Source: Candidatus Krumholzibacteriia bacterium
GTDB lineage: Bacteria; Krumholzibacteriota; Krumholzibacteriia; WVZY01
DNA length: 16,872 nt
Direction: 5' to 3'
Assembly (NCBI GenBank): GCA_046754105.1
Contig: JBHHVD010000070.1
Coordinates: 1 to 16,872, forward strand
A program made the translations under genes and the position numbers. Positions 1-8,115 of the stretch are shown piece after piece (the first letter of the stretch is position 1; every line of letters starts with the position of its first letter). The notes under the pieces were generated by a model. It saw only the letters and a list, made by a program, of their open reading frames with translations. It did no database searches and had not been told where the DNA came from.

Positions 1-1848
1 GGTCTGTCCCGGGTAGAGCGTCGACCTGGTGCTGCGGTCGTTCCACGCCAGCAAGTCGGACATGGAAACGCGGAAGCGCTTGCTGATCGAATAGAACGTA
101 TCGCCCTTCTTGACCACGTATTTGTGCCTGACGTGATCCGTCGTCGTCGGTTTGGGCGCTTTGCCGGTCGAGGCGACCTTGGAGACCTCGAACGACTCGG
201 GTACGTAGATTACGAGTTTCTGCCCCGGGTAGATGTACGAGCGGTATGCGAGATCATTCCATCGCCGGATCTTTCTGGCACTCGTGCGGAAGACCTCGGC
301 AATCGCTCCCAGGGTGTCTCGATCCTTGACCCGGTAGACAACGCGCTTGTGGTTGGCTGGCGGCGTGTACTTCTTGGCGTAATTCTCCAGCGCTTTCTTG
401 TTGAGCTTGCGTCGCTTGGTCTTGTACGTGGGTCGGCTGCTCGCCGTCTCACTGAAGGATCCCTTGAGCGGCACGATAAGACTCTTGCCCTCTCGAATGC
501 GGTGGGCGTTTCGTATTCCGTTCAACTGCTTCAGGGCGGATATCGATGTGCCGTAACGGCCGGCGATAACCGACAGCGTCTCGCCCTTGCGAATACGATG
601 TTTCCTCCAGGTGACCCGGTCCCCCGGCGGGATGGCGGATAGCTTCTCGGCGCACACCTTACCCGCGCCCGCGGGTACTTTAACCAGAATTTCCGTCTTG
701 GGCGGCGTGCTCCAGCGGTGCAAGGCCGGATTGAGCTCGCGCAATACGTCCATGGTAGTGCCGGCCGATTCTGCGATCACTTTTAGATCCGTTGCGTCTC
801 CTATTTTCACTTCGTCGAACTGGATGCTCGGAACGTCCGGAATCGTGAAGCCGTATTTCTCCGGGTCGCGCAGTATGTACAGTGTTGCGAGAAACTTTGG
901 AAAATAGCGTTCAGTCTGTTTCGGAAGCCGCAGCTTCCAGAAATTCGTCGATTTGTGCCGTGCCACGGCCCGAGCGACCCTGTATTCGCCGCAGTTGTAG
1001 GAGGCGAGGGCAAGCGGCCACGAGTTCCATATCGAGTAGAGGTCCTTGAGATAGTTGCCGGCGGCGTACGTCGAGGCGACGATGTCGCGCCGCTCGTCGT
1101 ACCACCAATTGACGCGCAGACCGTAGATACGGGCCGTTCCGGAGATGAACTGCCAAGGACCGACCGCGCGGGCCCTCGAGCGCGCTTTGAGACTGAAGCC
1201 GCTCTCGATCAAGGGGACGCAGATCAATTCGCGGGGCAGGTCGAGTTCGGTCAGGATACGCTCGACCGTCGGGCGGTAGAGCTCCAGCCGGTACAGGTAG
1301 CGCGCGAAGCGCTCTTTGCCGGGTCCGGTAAAATACCGCAGCCAGAACTCGATACGATCGTTCGAGATCACGGGGAACACCGTGTCGCTGAACGCGAAGT
1401 CGCTCATCTCGACCTGGCTGCTGTCGATCTCGGGCCAACTCTGCAGGGACAGGGCGAGGCTGTCGATAACGCTGGGTCCGGGGCGCGCGTAGGCCTTGAC
1501 GATACCCAGGGAATCCAGGGCCTGAAGGCTCTTCAGGACCTGCTCGAACTCCGGCTCGGAACGAATTGCAGGATAATTCTTTGCGATCGATTCCAGCTGG
1601 CCAGCCAGGGAATCACGAATCGTGAGGAAGTCGGCGACGTCGCCGAAATCGAACAAGGCGGCGGCGGAGTCAACACCGCTCTGGAACCGGCCCAGGCTCT
1701 CCCCGTCGCGGCGCGAGTTTTCCGCGGCCCGCTGGCGGGCCTCATCCAGGCTCCGGCCCGTATTGACGTGCCGGGAGACGCCGCCCCCCGACGAGCAGCC
1801 CCAAGCCACAAGCGCATACAAGCACAGCACGGCGATGTTTTTTCGCAT
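1..1848 (-). CDS. mltD: Membrane-bound lytic murein transglycosylase D-like lipoprotein (SLT domain + at least 3 LysM repeats), 3'-partial
   Basis: Manual translation from ATG at 1848 stays open to the window edge. N-terminus MRKNIAVLCLYALVAWGC is a signal peptide with a lipobox-like Cys18. SLT motifs: LIESGF, AVGPWQF, DERRD, ALASYNCGE, LPKQTERY. LysM repeats: HRIRKGETLSVIA, YRVKDRDTLGAIA, YVVKKGDTFYSIS. GGAGAG lies upstream. Absent from the ORF track because there is no stop in the window. Confidence 0.92.
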   Translation of the reverse strand, partial: MRKNIAVLCLYALVAWGCSSGGGVSRHVNTGRSLDEARQRAAENSRRDGESLGRFQSGVDSAAALFDFGDVADFLTIRDSLAGQLESIAKNYPAIRSEPEFEQVLKSLQALDSLGIVKAYARPGPSVIDSLALSLQSWPEIDSSQVEMSDFAFSDTVFPVISNDRIEFWLRYFTGPGKERFARYLYRLELYRPTVERILTELDLPRELICVPLIESGFSLKARSRARAVGPWQFISGTARIYGLRVNWWYDERRDIVASTYAAGNYLKDLYSIWNSWPLALASYNCGEYRVARAVARHKSTNFWKLRLPKQTERYFPKFLATLYILRDPEKYGFTIPDVPSIQFDEVKIGDATDLKVIAESAGTTMDVLRELNPALHRWSTPPKTEILVKVPAGAGKVCAEKLSAIPPGDRVTWRKHRIRKGETLSVIAGRYGTSISALKQLNGIRNAHRIREGKSLIVPLKGSFSETASSRPTYKTKRRKLNKKALENYAKKYTPPANHKRVVYRVKDRDTLGAIAEVFRTSARKIRRWNDLAYRSYIYPGQKLVIYVPESFEVSKVASTGKAPKPTTTDHVRHKYVVKKGDTFYSISKRFRVSMSDLLAWNDRSTRSTLYPGQT

Positions 1849-1935
1849 AACTTACTCTCTCCGTTGTTGTTCTAGAGTATAAGCGTGTTTCCCAGGGATA
1901 TGCCTCGGTAAGGTTTGGTCACTACGCGTATTTTC

Positions 1936-1952
1936 AGCAAAATGCAAGCCAA
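1936..1952 (-). promoter_or_regulatory. Candidate sigma54 (-24/-12) promoter for mltD
   Basis: Minus strand reads TTGGCTTGCATTTTGCT, giving exact GG-N10-GC spacing with TGGC and TTGCT, about 90 bp upstream of the mltD ATG. Confidence 0.55.
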
Positions 1953-2036
1953 AAGTGGTGCGGCCGGGCCGAGCGTCGCTGCGGCCGTCTTAGGGATGCA
2001 TAATGATTTGGGTGGTAGGATTCAAGCCAAATATTG

Positions 2037-2042
2037 TATAAT
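2037..2042 (+). promoter_or_regulatory. Candidate sigma70 -10 box for the GGDEF gene
   Basis: Perfect TATAAT in an AT-rich patch 35 bp upstream of ATG 2078. No recognisable -35 box. Confidence 0.4.
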
Positions 2043-2077
2043 AGCTTACAGCACATATAGATCAGAAGGTATCAGAC

Positions 2078-3406
2078 ATGCGCAGCCTGGAGAGAGACTA
2101 TACATACCTTCTCCACAACCTCATCCCCCAGCACCGGCTGACACCGGACCGGCGAAAACGAATCGAAAGGGCCGTACGCGCGGGAAATCCCCGGGAATTG
2201 CGGCTCGAGTCGGTTCTCGCGCTGGAGGAACTCTGCCGCACGGACTATTTCCAACGGCGGCCGATCCGGACGGAGAACGATTCCGTTATTTTGACGTACG
2301 TCAGAGATAACGGGTTCTACCAATTACGCTTGCAGCTGCCGGCGACGGAGTGGCGTGCGATGGGCATAGAGGACGCCGAGCGTGGCGCGAGGGCCGGGGC
2401 CGGCGGGGGAGGGGGCACGGCGACCGTAGATATCCTGCCCGAGGTTATCCGGACGTTGTCCATAAACGACCACCGCGAGTCCACCGTGGACCGTTTGCAG
2501 GCGGTGATCGGCCTGCTACCGGAATGGCTGCGCCTCCCCGGCGGGCGGCTGATTCTCGACCAGGGACGTTTCGGCGATCGGCCGGGGCGCGGCGTGACGA
2601 CGGTGCCCCGCAAGACCATTCTCAAGAACCCCGTGTACGCCCGCTGTCACCGGTCCGACGGGGTCGAATTCATCGATGCCGAGGCCGCGCACACGCTGGG
2701 GGTCGGGGACCTCGACGACGGGGGCCGCGGGGTGGGGCATCGGGCGGCGGTGGCGCCGGTGACCGCGCTGGGAGAATTCTGCGGGGTTTTCGAGTTGTGG
2801 GTCCCCGAGGGCGAGGAAGAGACCGATGTGCTGGGGCGCATCCACGTGGCCCGGCGCATGTTCGAACAGATTATCGAGAATGCCGCCCGCTTGAAGACCA
2901 TGACGTCGGTGGACAAGCTGACGCAGATCTACAACCGGGGATTCTACGACAAGCAGGTCCAGATCGAGATCGAGCGCGCGACGCGATCGGCCGGCAAGGT
3001 GTCGATGCTGATCCTGGACATCGACGATTTCAAGAGCATCAACGATTCCATGGGGCACCAGAAGGGTGATGAGGCGTTGGCCCTGGTGGCCAACCTCGTC
3101 TCCGCCAACCTGAGAAAAATTGACCTGCCCTTCCGGTACGGCGGGGAGGAGTTCGTTGTCTTGCTGCCGGGCACGGCCGAGGTCGAGGCGATTCATACCG
3201 CCGAGCGACTGCGAACCGTCATCGAAGAATCGAAAGCGTTCCGCTCTCGAGATGGTCAGCCCCGTCCGCTTCGTGTTAGTATCGGGGCAGCCGTGTTTCC
3301 CGATCACGCGCGCACGGAGGAAGAGCTGTTTCTCAAAGCCGACTCGGCGTTGTATCGGGCGAAGCGCAAGGGAAAGAACCGGGTGGAGTTTTACCGGGAA
3401 TCATAA
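2078..3406 (+). CDS. Diguanylate cyclase (unknown N-terminal domain, GAF-like domain, GGDEF domain)
   Basis: DKLTQIYNR, LILDIDDFKSINDSMGHQKGD, RYGGEEF, VSIGAA and ADSALYRAKRKGKNRV. RxxD I-site (RKID) five residues before GGEEF. GAF-like segment AVAPVTALGEFCGVFELW...IIENA. No TM segment seen. Confidence 0.93.
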   Translation: MRSLERDYTYLLHNLIPQHRLTPDRRKRIERAVRAGNPRELRLESVLALEELCRTDYFQRRPIRTENDSVILTYVRDNGFYQLRLQLPATEWRAMGIEDAERGARAGAGGGGGTATVDILPEVIRTLSINDHRESTVDRLQAVIGLLPEWLRLPGGRLILDQGRFGDRPGRGVTTVPRKTILKNPVYARCHRSDGVEFIDAEAAHTLGVGDLDDGGRGVGHRAAVAPVTALGEFCGVFELWVPEGEEETDVLGRIHVARRMFEQIIENAARLKTMTSVDKLTQIYNRGFYDKQVQIEIERATRSAGKVSMLILDIDDFKSINDSMGHQKGDEALALVANLVSANLRKIDLPFRYGGEEFVVLLPGTAEVEAIHTAERLRTVIEESKAFRSRDGQPRPLRVSIGAAVFPDHARTEEELFLKADSALYRAKRKGKNRVEFYRES

Positions 3407-3445
3407 CCAGGGTCACGGGTGTGGTGGGTGTGAGGAGGACGGACT

Positions 3446-4915
3446 GTGGTATGGGGACTCGCCGCCGCGTTGGCGGCAGGGCTTCTGCAGGACCCACGGG
3501 TTCTGCCGGTGGCCCTTTTTTTTCTGGTGCGTGACGCGCTGGCCCGCGGATGCGGGCGAAGCGAGCGCTTGTTGGCGTTGGTCGCCGTGGGCCTCTTCTG
3601 GAGCTACGGAGCGATTTCGGCGGCGGGACTCGTCGAGCGCACGAACACGTTCAACGCGTGGCTGGCGGCGAACGCAGGTGAAGCTACGCTCGACGGATGG
3701 ATATCGAGCTTCCCGGCGCACGGCTTCGGGCGCACGAGTTTCGAATTCACGACAGCGGTCGATGGAGTGCAGCTGCGGGTCCTCGTCTCCGCCCAGGATT
3801 TCGTCGTCGGCTACGGGGACAGCGCGCGCATAGGGACCAAACCGGGCACGGGGAGGAGGTCGAACGCGGCGTACCTGCGCGGACGGGGCTGTGCGGGAGC
3901 GGTACGCGCCCTGCCCGGAGGCGTGCGCACCCTTGCAGGTCGTGGCGGCAACCCGATCGTACGCGAAGTGTTCGCACCGCTTCACGAGCAAATTCGGCGC
4001 AGGGCGACCGCCGGTATCGGGTCACGGGCGGGCGTGCCACTGGCGCTTCTGCTCGCCGAGCGCGGCTTTATCGACCGGCGCCTGCGCGAAACGTTCATCG
4101 TCCTGGGCATCTCGCACCTGCTGGCCTTGAGCGGGCTGCACCTGGGGTTTGTAGCCGGCGCGCTGGTGCTGGTACTGAAATGGACCCGCCTGCGCAACCG
4201 GATGGCGCTGATGGCCATTCTGACGTTCTACGTGGCGACCGTGGGACCCGTGCTGTCCTTGCAGCGCGCGCTGGTGATGGCCCTGATACTCATCGCGGCC
4301 TCCGACGCCCACAGGCCGCTGTGCCCCATGACCTCCCTGGCCGACGCGTTCGTGCTGATACTTCTCGTTCGCCCGCACGCGTTGTTCTCCGTTGGTTTCC
4401 AACTGTCGTTTCTGGCCACGTTTTCTGTGCTGCTGTGTGTCCAGCGGCTGCGCAGACCCGAACGGGCCGGAAGGCTGGGGCGCGTGTGGCATTTCGTACG
4501 GTCGACGGTGTGGGTCAGCGTCGTGGTGCAGGTCTTTCTTGCACCGGTCATCCTGCACTATTTCGGCCGGATCAGTCTCGTGGCGCCGTTCGCCACCGTG
4601 ATCTTCGTGTTGCCCGTTGCGACTCTGTTGTTGTCGTCGGCGCTGGCCACGGTGGCGGCGCTTGTTTGCCTGCCGGCGGGCACCATGCTGTTCGCGCTGG
4701 TGGATCATCTGACCGAGGCGTTCAATGCGTCCCTCGTAACGGCTGCCGGCCTGGCACCGATTCCCGCCGCGCTGCCGGTACCGGCGTTTGCGATGTACTA
4801 CGTCGGTCTCGCGCTCCTGTGGTCGTCACGACGGCGGGCGTGGCTTCGTATCGCCGGCCTCGCGTTGGCCGCCGCCGCCTTTTTTGCGGGGGGCGCGACA
4901 CACAACGATTTTTGA
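3446..4915 (+). CDS. comEC: ComEC/Rec2-family DNA uptake membrane protein, without C-terminal metallo-beta-lactamase domain
   Basis: Competence-domain motifs GISHLLALSGLHLG, SLQRALVM and SVGFQLSFLAT, plus many hydrophobic segments. GTG start with GAGGAGG RBS at 3432-3438 and an in-frame stop at 3431. Confidence 0.9.
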   Translation: MVWGLAAALAAGLLQDPRVLPVALFFLVRDALARGCGRSERLLALVAVGLFWSYGAISAAGLVERTNTFNAWLAANAGEATLDGWISSFPAHGFGRTSFEFTTAVDGVQLRVLVSAQDFVVGYGDSARIGTKPGTGRRSNAAYLRGRGCAGAVRALPGGVRTLAGRGGNPIVREVFAPLHEQIRRRATAGIGSRAGVPLALLLAERGFIDRRLRETFIVLGISHLLALSGLHLGFVAGALVLVLKWTRLRNRMALMAILTFYVATVGPVLSLQRALVMALILIAASDAHRPLCPMTSLADAFVLILLVRPHALFSVGFQLSFLATFSVLLCVQRLRRPERAGRLGRVWHFVRSTVWVSVVVQVFLAPVILHYFGRISLVAPFATVIFVLPVATLLLSSALATVAALVCLPAGTMLFALVDHLTEAFNASLVTAAGLAPIPAALPVPAFAMYYVGLALLWSSRRRAWLRIAGLALAAAAFFAGGATHNDF

Positions 4916-4934
4916 TGCGGGGGGCGGAACAAGG

Positions 4935-4943
4935 TGCTATATT
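4935..4943 (+). promoter_or_regulatory. Candidate extended -10 promoter for purN-purC-purH-guaA
   Basis: TGCTATATT (TGn + TATATT) in the comEC-purN gap, about 33 bp upstream of the TTG start. Confidence 0.45.
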
Positions 4944-4976
4944 AGCCCTTTCTCGAGAGGCATGTGGGAGGGAATC

Positions 4977-5600
4977 TTGACCCAAGAACGGTGCAACGTG
5001 GCCGTCCTGGCCTCGGGGACCGGTACCAATTTCCAGGCTATAGTTGAAGCGTGCAGACCCGACGATCGCCCCGCCCGGGTGGTGTGTCTGATCACCGATA
5101 ACGCGGAGGCGGGCGCGCTCGAAATCGCTCGCCGATTCGACGTTGCGAGCCACGTCGTCGACCCGTGTACGAACAAGGCGCGTTTGCCGGAGGCGGCCGA
5201 GGAGAGAATCGTTTCGCTCTGTGAGGAGCACAGCGCGGACCTCGTGGCGCTGGCGGGATTCATGCGCATTCTGGCCGGGCCGCTTTTGTCTCGATTCGAG
5301 GGCAGGATCATGAATGTCCACCCGTCCCTCTTGCCGAGTTTCAAGGGCCTGCACGGCGCCCGGCAAGCGCTGGAGTACGGTGTCAAGGTGGCGGGTTGTA
5401 CAGTTCATTTCGTCGACCGCAGTGTCGACGGCGGCGCTATCATCTTACAGGCGCCCGTCGGCGTGGACGACGACGACGACGAGGAAAGCCTTCTGAAGAA
5501 GATTCACGAGATGGAGCATCGCATCTACGTCAGAGCGATAGAGCTCTTTGCCGAGGGCCGGTTGCGAGTGAACGACCGGCGCGTAGTGGTGACCGATTAG
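4977..5600 (+). CDS. purN: Phosphoribosylglycinamide formyltransferase
   Basis: VAVLASGTGTNFQAI, LAGFMRIL, MNVHPSLLPSFKG and GCTVHFVDRSVDGGAIILQ. Start placed at TTG 4977 behind GGGAGG; ATG 4962 is an alternative. The ORF-track start at 4788 overlaps comEC. Confidence 0.95.
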   Translation: MTQERCNVAVLASGTGTNFQAIVEACRPDDRPARVVCLITDNAEAGALEIARRFDVASHVVDPCTNKARLPEAAEERIVSLCEEHSADLVALAGFMRILAGPLLSRFEGRIMNVHPSLLPSFKGLHGARQALEYGVKVAGCTVHFVDRSVDGGAIILQAPVGVDDDDDEESLLKKIHEMEHRIYVRAIELFAEGRLRVNDRRVVVTD

Positions 5601-5617
5601 CCCGCCGCTCAGGCGGG
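5601..5617. other. Intercistronic hairpin between purN and purC
   Basis: CCCGCC-GCTCA-GGCGGG is a perfect 6-bp stem right after the purN stop, with no U-tract. Confidence 0.45.
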
Positions 5618-5643
5618 ACGAAAGACAGGAGAAGAAGGAGCCC

Positions 5644-6543
5644 ATGTCGAACGTACTGATGAGGACCCAGGACCACGGACTCGAGCCGGACATTTGCGGC
5701 AAAGTCCGGGACGTTTTCGATCTGGGAGACAGGCTCCTGATCGTGACCACCGACCGTGTAAGCGCCTACGACGTGATCCTCCCGGACCCCGTGCCCGGTA
5801 AGGGGATTGTTCTGACGCAGATGACGCTCGGCTGGTACGACCGCTTCGGTGGCGGGCTGAAGACCCACTTTGTGACGGCGGAGCCGGACGAGTACCCGGC
5901 GCCCTTTACGGGGCGGGCCGAGTTGGCGGGGCGCAGCATGCTGGTCCGCAAGGCCGAGCGTTTCGATGTCGAATGCGTGGTTCGCGGGTACCTCGCCGGT
6001 TCGGGCTGGAGGGAATACAAGCACGACGGCACGGTTTGCGGAATCGAGCTTGCCCGAGGACTGAACGAAGCAGAGAGGTTGCCGGAACCGATCTTTACAC
6101 CGGCGACGAAGGCGGACGACGGGCACGACGAAAACATCTCATTCGAGCAGATGACGGAGATCGTCCCGGCTGACGTCTCGCGCACGTTGCGCGAGAAGAG
6201 CCTCGAGATTTACCAGGCCGCCCACGAGCACGCCCGCGAGAGAGGAATCATCGTGGCGGACACGAAGTTCGAGTTCGGGAGGATTGACGGGGAGATCACG
6301 CTGATCGACGAGATGCTCTCTCCGGATTCATCACGCTTCTGGCCGCTGGATTCGTACGAGCCCGGCCGCCCGCAGTTCAGTTTCGACAAGCAGTACGTGC
6401 GGGATCACCTCGATGCGACGGGCTGGGACCACAGCCCGCCAGCGCCCTCGCTGCCGGGTGAGATAGTCAGCAAGACGGTCGAACGATACCGGGAGGCGTG
6501 CCGGAGGCTCTTTCCCGACCTCGACCTGGAGAAATACCTGTGA
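5644..6543 (+). CDS. purC: SAICAR synthetase (long, Ade1-like form)
   Basis: GKVRDVF, TDRVSAYD, ECVVRGYLAGSGW, FTPATKA..GHDENIS, ADTKFEFG, DEMLSPDSSRFW and FDKQYVRD. AAGGAG RBS. Confidence 0.97.
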   Translation: MSNVLMRTQDHGLEPDICGKVRDVFDLGDRLLIVTTDRVSAYDVILPDPVPGKGIVLTQMTLGWYDRFGGGLKTHFVTAEPDEYPAPFTGRAELAGRSMLVRKAERFDVECVVRGYLAGSGWREYKHDGTVCGIELARGLNEAERLPEPIFTPATKADDGHDENISFEQMTEIVPADVSRTLREKSLEIYQAAHEHARERGIIVADTKFEFGRIDGEITLIDEMLSPDSSRFWPLDSYEPGRPQFSFDKQYVRDHLDATGWDHSPPAPSLPGEIVSKTVERYREACRRLFPDLDLEKYL

Positions 6544-8102
6544 AAAGCAATCCGATCAAGACCGCAATCCTCAGTGTTACGGACAAGGCTCACCTGCTCG
6601 AGCTGGCCGGAGTCTTGAAAAACCGGGGTGTGCGCATTCTCGCATCCTCGGGGACGCAAAAGCACCTGGCCGCTGAGGGGATCGAGGCGGAAGAAATATC
6701 GAGCTATACGGGGAGCAAAGAGTTGCTGGACGGACGTGTCAAGACGCTGCATCCGAAGATTCACGCGGGTATTCTCGCCAACCGCGGCATCGCGGCGCAT
6801 AACGCGCAGCTCCGGGAAGAAGGCATCGATCCCATTGATCTGGTCGTCGTCAACCTCTACCCATTCACCGAGAAGTATCGGGGGGGGAATCTCGACGAAC
6901 AAGAGATGTGCGAGTTTATCGATATCGGTGGAATCACACTGCTTCGGGCCGCGGCGAAGAATTTCCACCATGTAACGGTAGTCACCGATCCGGCGGACTA
7001 CGAGGTGGTGGGGAACGAGATCGAGGCGACGGGGGCGACGTCGCTCGAAACGCGCCGGCGTCTGGCGCGGGATGCGTTCTCGGTGACCGGAGGCTACGAT
7101 GCGGCGATCGGCGCGTTCTTCGACGGCAACCTGGGGGCAGCCGGCACGCCGGCAAGGATCAATCTCGCGTTGGAAAAGGTGGCCGACCTGCGCTACGGGG
7201 AAAACCCGCACCAGGCCGGCGCCGTGTACCGAACCCTGGAACGGTCCGCAGTGATTTCCATGGAGAAGCACCAGGGGAAGGAGCTGTCGTTCAACAACTA
7301 CCTGGATCTGGTCGGGGCGTTTGCGATCGCTCGTGACCTTGGCGCCGGGAGCGTTGCCATTATCAAACATACAAATCCATGCGGCGCCGCGTGGTGCGGT
7401 GACGTGGCGCTATCGTACCGGCGCGCCTTGCGTACCGATCCGGTCAGCGCGTTCGGGGGCATCGTTGCGGTCAACGGCAGGGTCGACGGAGAACTGGCCG
7501 GCGAATTGAAGCAGCTGTTCCTCGAAGTGGTGGTGGCCCGGGAGTTCGGCGAGGGCGCCCTCGAAGTCCTGGCCAAGAAGAAGAACCTGCGGGTGGTGAC
7601 GGTGCCCGAGGCGTTCTGGCAGGAGCCTGCCGGCGGACGTTTCGGCCTGCTCACCGAGGGGTTTTACCTGGCGCAGGACGCCGATGCCGGATTCCCCGAG
7701 CTGAAAGCGCCCGAGGCGGTAACGAAACGCGGCCCGTCTCGGGAGGAATCGCGGGCGATGCACATGGCGTGGATCGTTGCCAAGCACGTCAAGTCGAACG
7801 CGATCGTGATTGCGGACCACGAGGGCACGGTCGGGATCGGGGCCGGCCAGATGAGCCGCGTGGACTCATCGCACATCGCCGCGCGCAAGGCCGGTGACGC
7901 GGATTTCTCGCTGGCGGGAAAAGTGGCGGCATCGGATGCGTTTTTCCCGTTTGCCGACGGCGTAACCACCCTGGCGAGTGCCGGTATCACAGCGGTCATC
8001 CAGCCGGGAGGATCCATTCGTGACAAAGAGGTGATCGACGCCGCCAACGAGGCCGGGGTCGCCATGCTATTCACCCGCCGAAGACATTTCCGGCACATTT
8101 GA
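6540..8102 (+). CDS. purH: Bifunctional AICAR transformylase / IMP cyclohydrolase
   Basis: AILSVTDK, GRVKTLHPKIHAGIL, VVNLYPF, IDIGG, LRYGENPHQ, KELSFNN, KHTNPCG, VKSNAI, GAGQMSRVDS, ASDAFFPF and IQPGGSIRD..RHFRH. GTG 6540 overlaps the purC TGA (GTGA). Confidence 0.97.
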   Translation: MKSNPIKTAILSVTDKAHLLELAGVLKNRGVRILASSGTQKHLAAEGIEAEEISSYTGSKELLDGRVKTLHPKIHAGILANRGIAAHNAQLREEGIDPIDLVVVNLYPFTEKYRGGNLDEQEMCEFIDIGGITLLRAAAKNFHHVTVVTDPADYEVVGNEIEATGATSLETRRRLARDAFSVTGGYDAAIGAFFDGNLGAAGTPARINLALEKVADLRYGENPHQAGAVYRTLERSAVISMEKHQGKELSFNNYLDLVGAFAIARDLGAGSVAIIKHTNPCGAAWCGDVALSYRRALRTDPVSAFGGIVAVNGRVDGELAGELKQLFLEVVVAREFGEGALEVLAKKKNLRVVTVPEAFWQEPAGGRFGLLTEGFYLAQDADAGFPELKAPEAVTKRGPSREESRAMHMAWIVAKHVKSNAIVIADHEGTVGIGAGQMSRVDSSHIAARKAGDADFSLAGKVAASDAFFPFADGVTTLASAGITAVIQPGGSIRDKEVIDAANEAGVAMLFTRRRHFRHI

Positions 8103-8115
8103 AACGGACGTCACA

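Noticed and set aside
124..1882. Plus-strand ORFs 124..642, 587..907, 955..1875 and 1622..1882
   Set aside because: They are shadows of the minus-strand mltD reading frame and show no recognisable motifs.
3697..4980. 427-aa alternative-frame ORF over comEC, and similar long overlapping ORFs (2350..3069, 6405..7370, 8505..9371, 14099..15433)
   Set aside because: They are mostly Arg/Ala/Pro/Gly-rich, motif-free translations typical of off-frame reading in high-GC DNA, and they overlap well-supported genes.
5466..5480. (GAC)5 repeat in purN; also a G8 run at 6880-6887 in purH
   Set aside because: Both are short in-frame tracts within intact housekeeping genes, with no sign of a frameshift.
5601..5630. 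Hairpin followed by CGAAA as a hammerhead ribozyme or terminator
   Set aside because: There is no CUGAnGA core on either strand and no U-tract. It is kept only as a simple hairpin.
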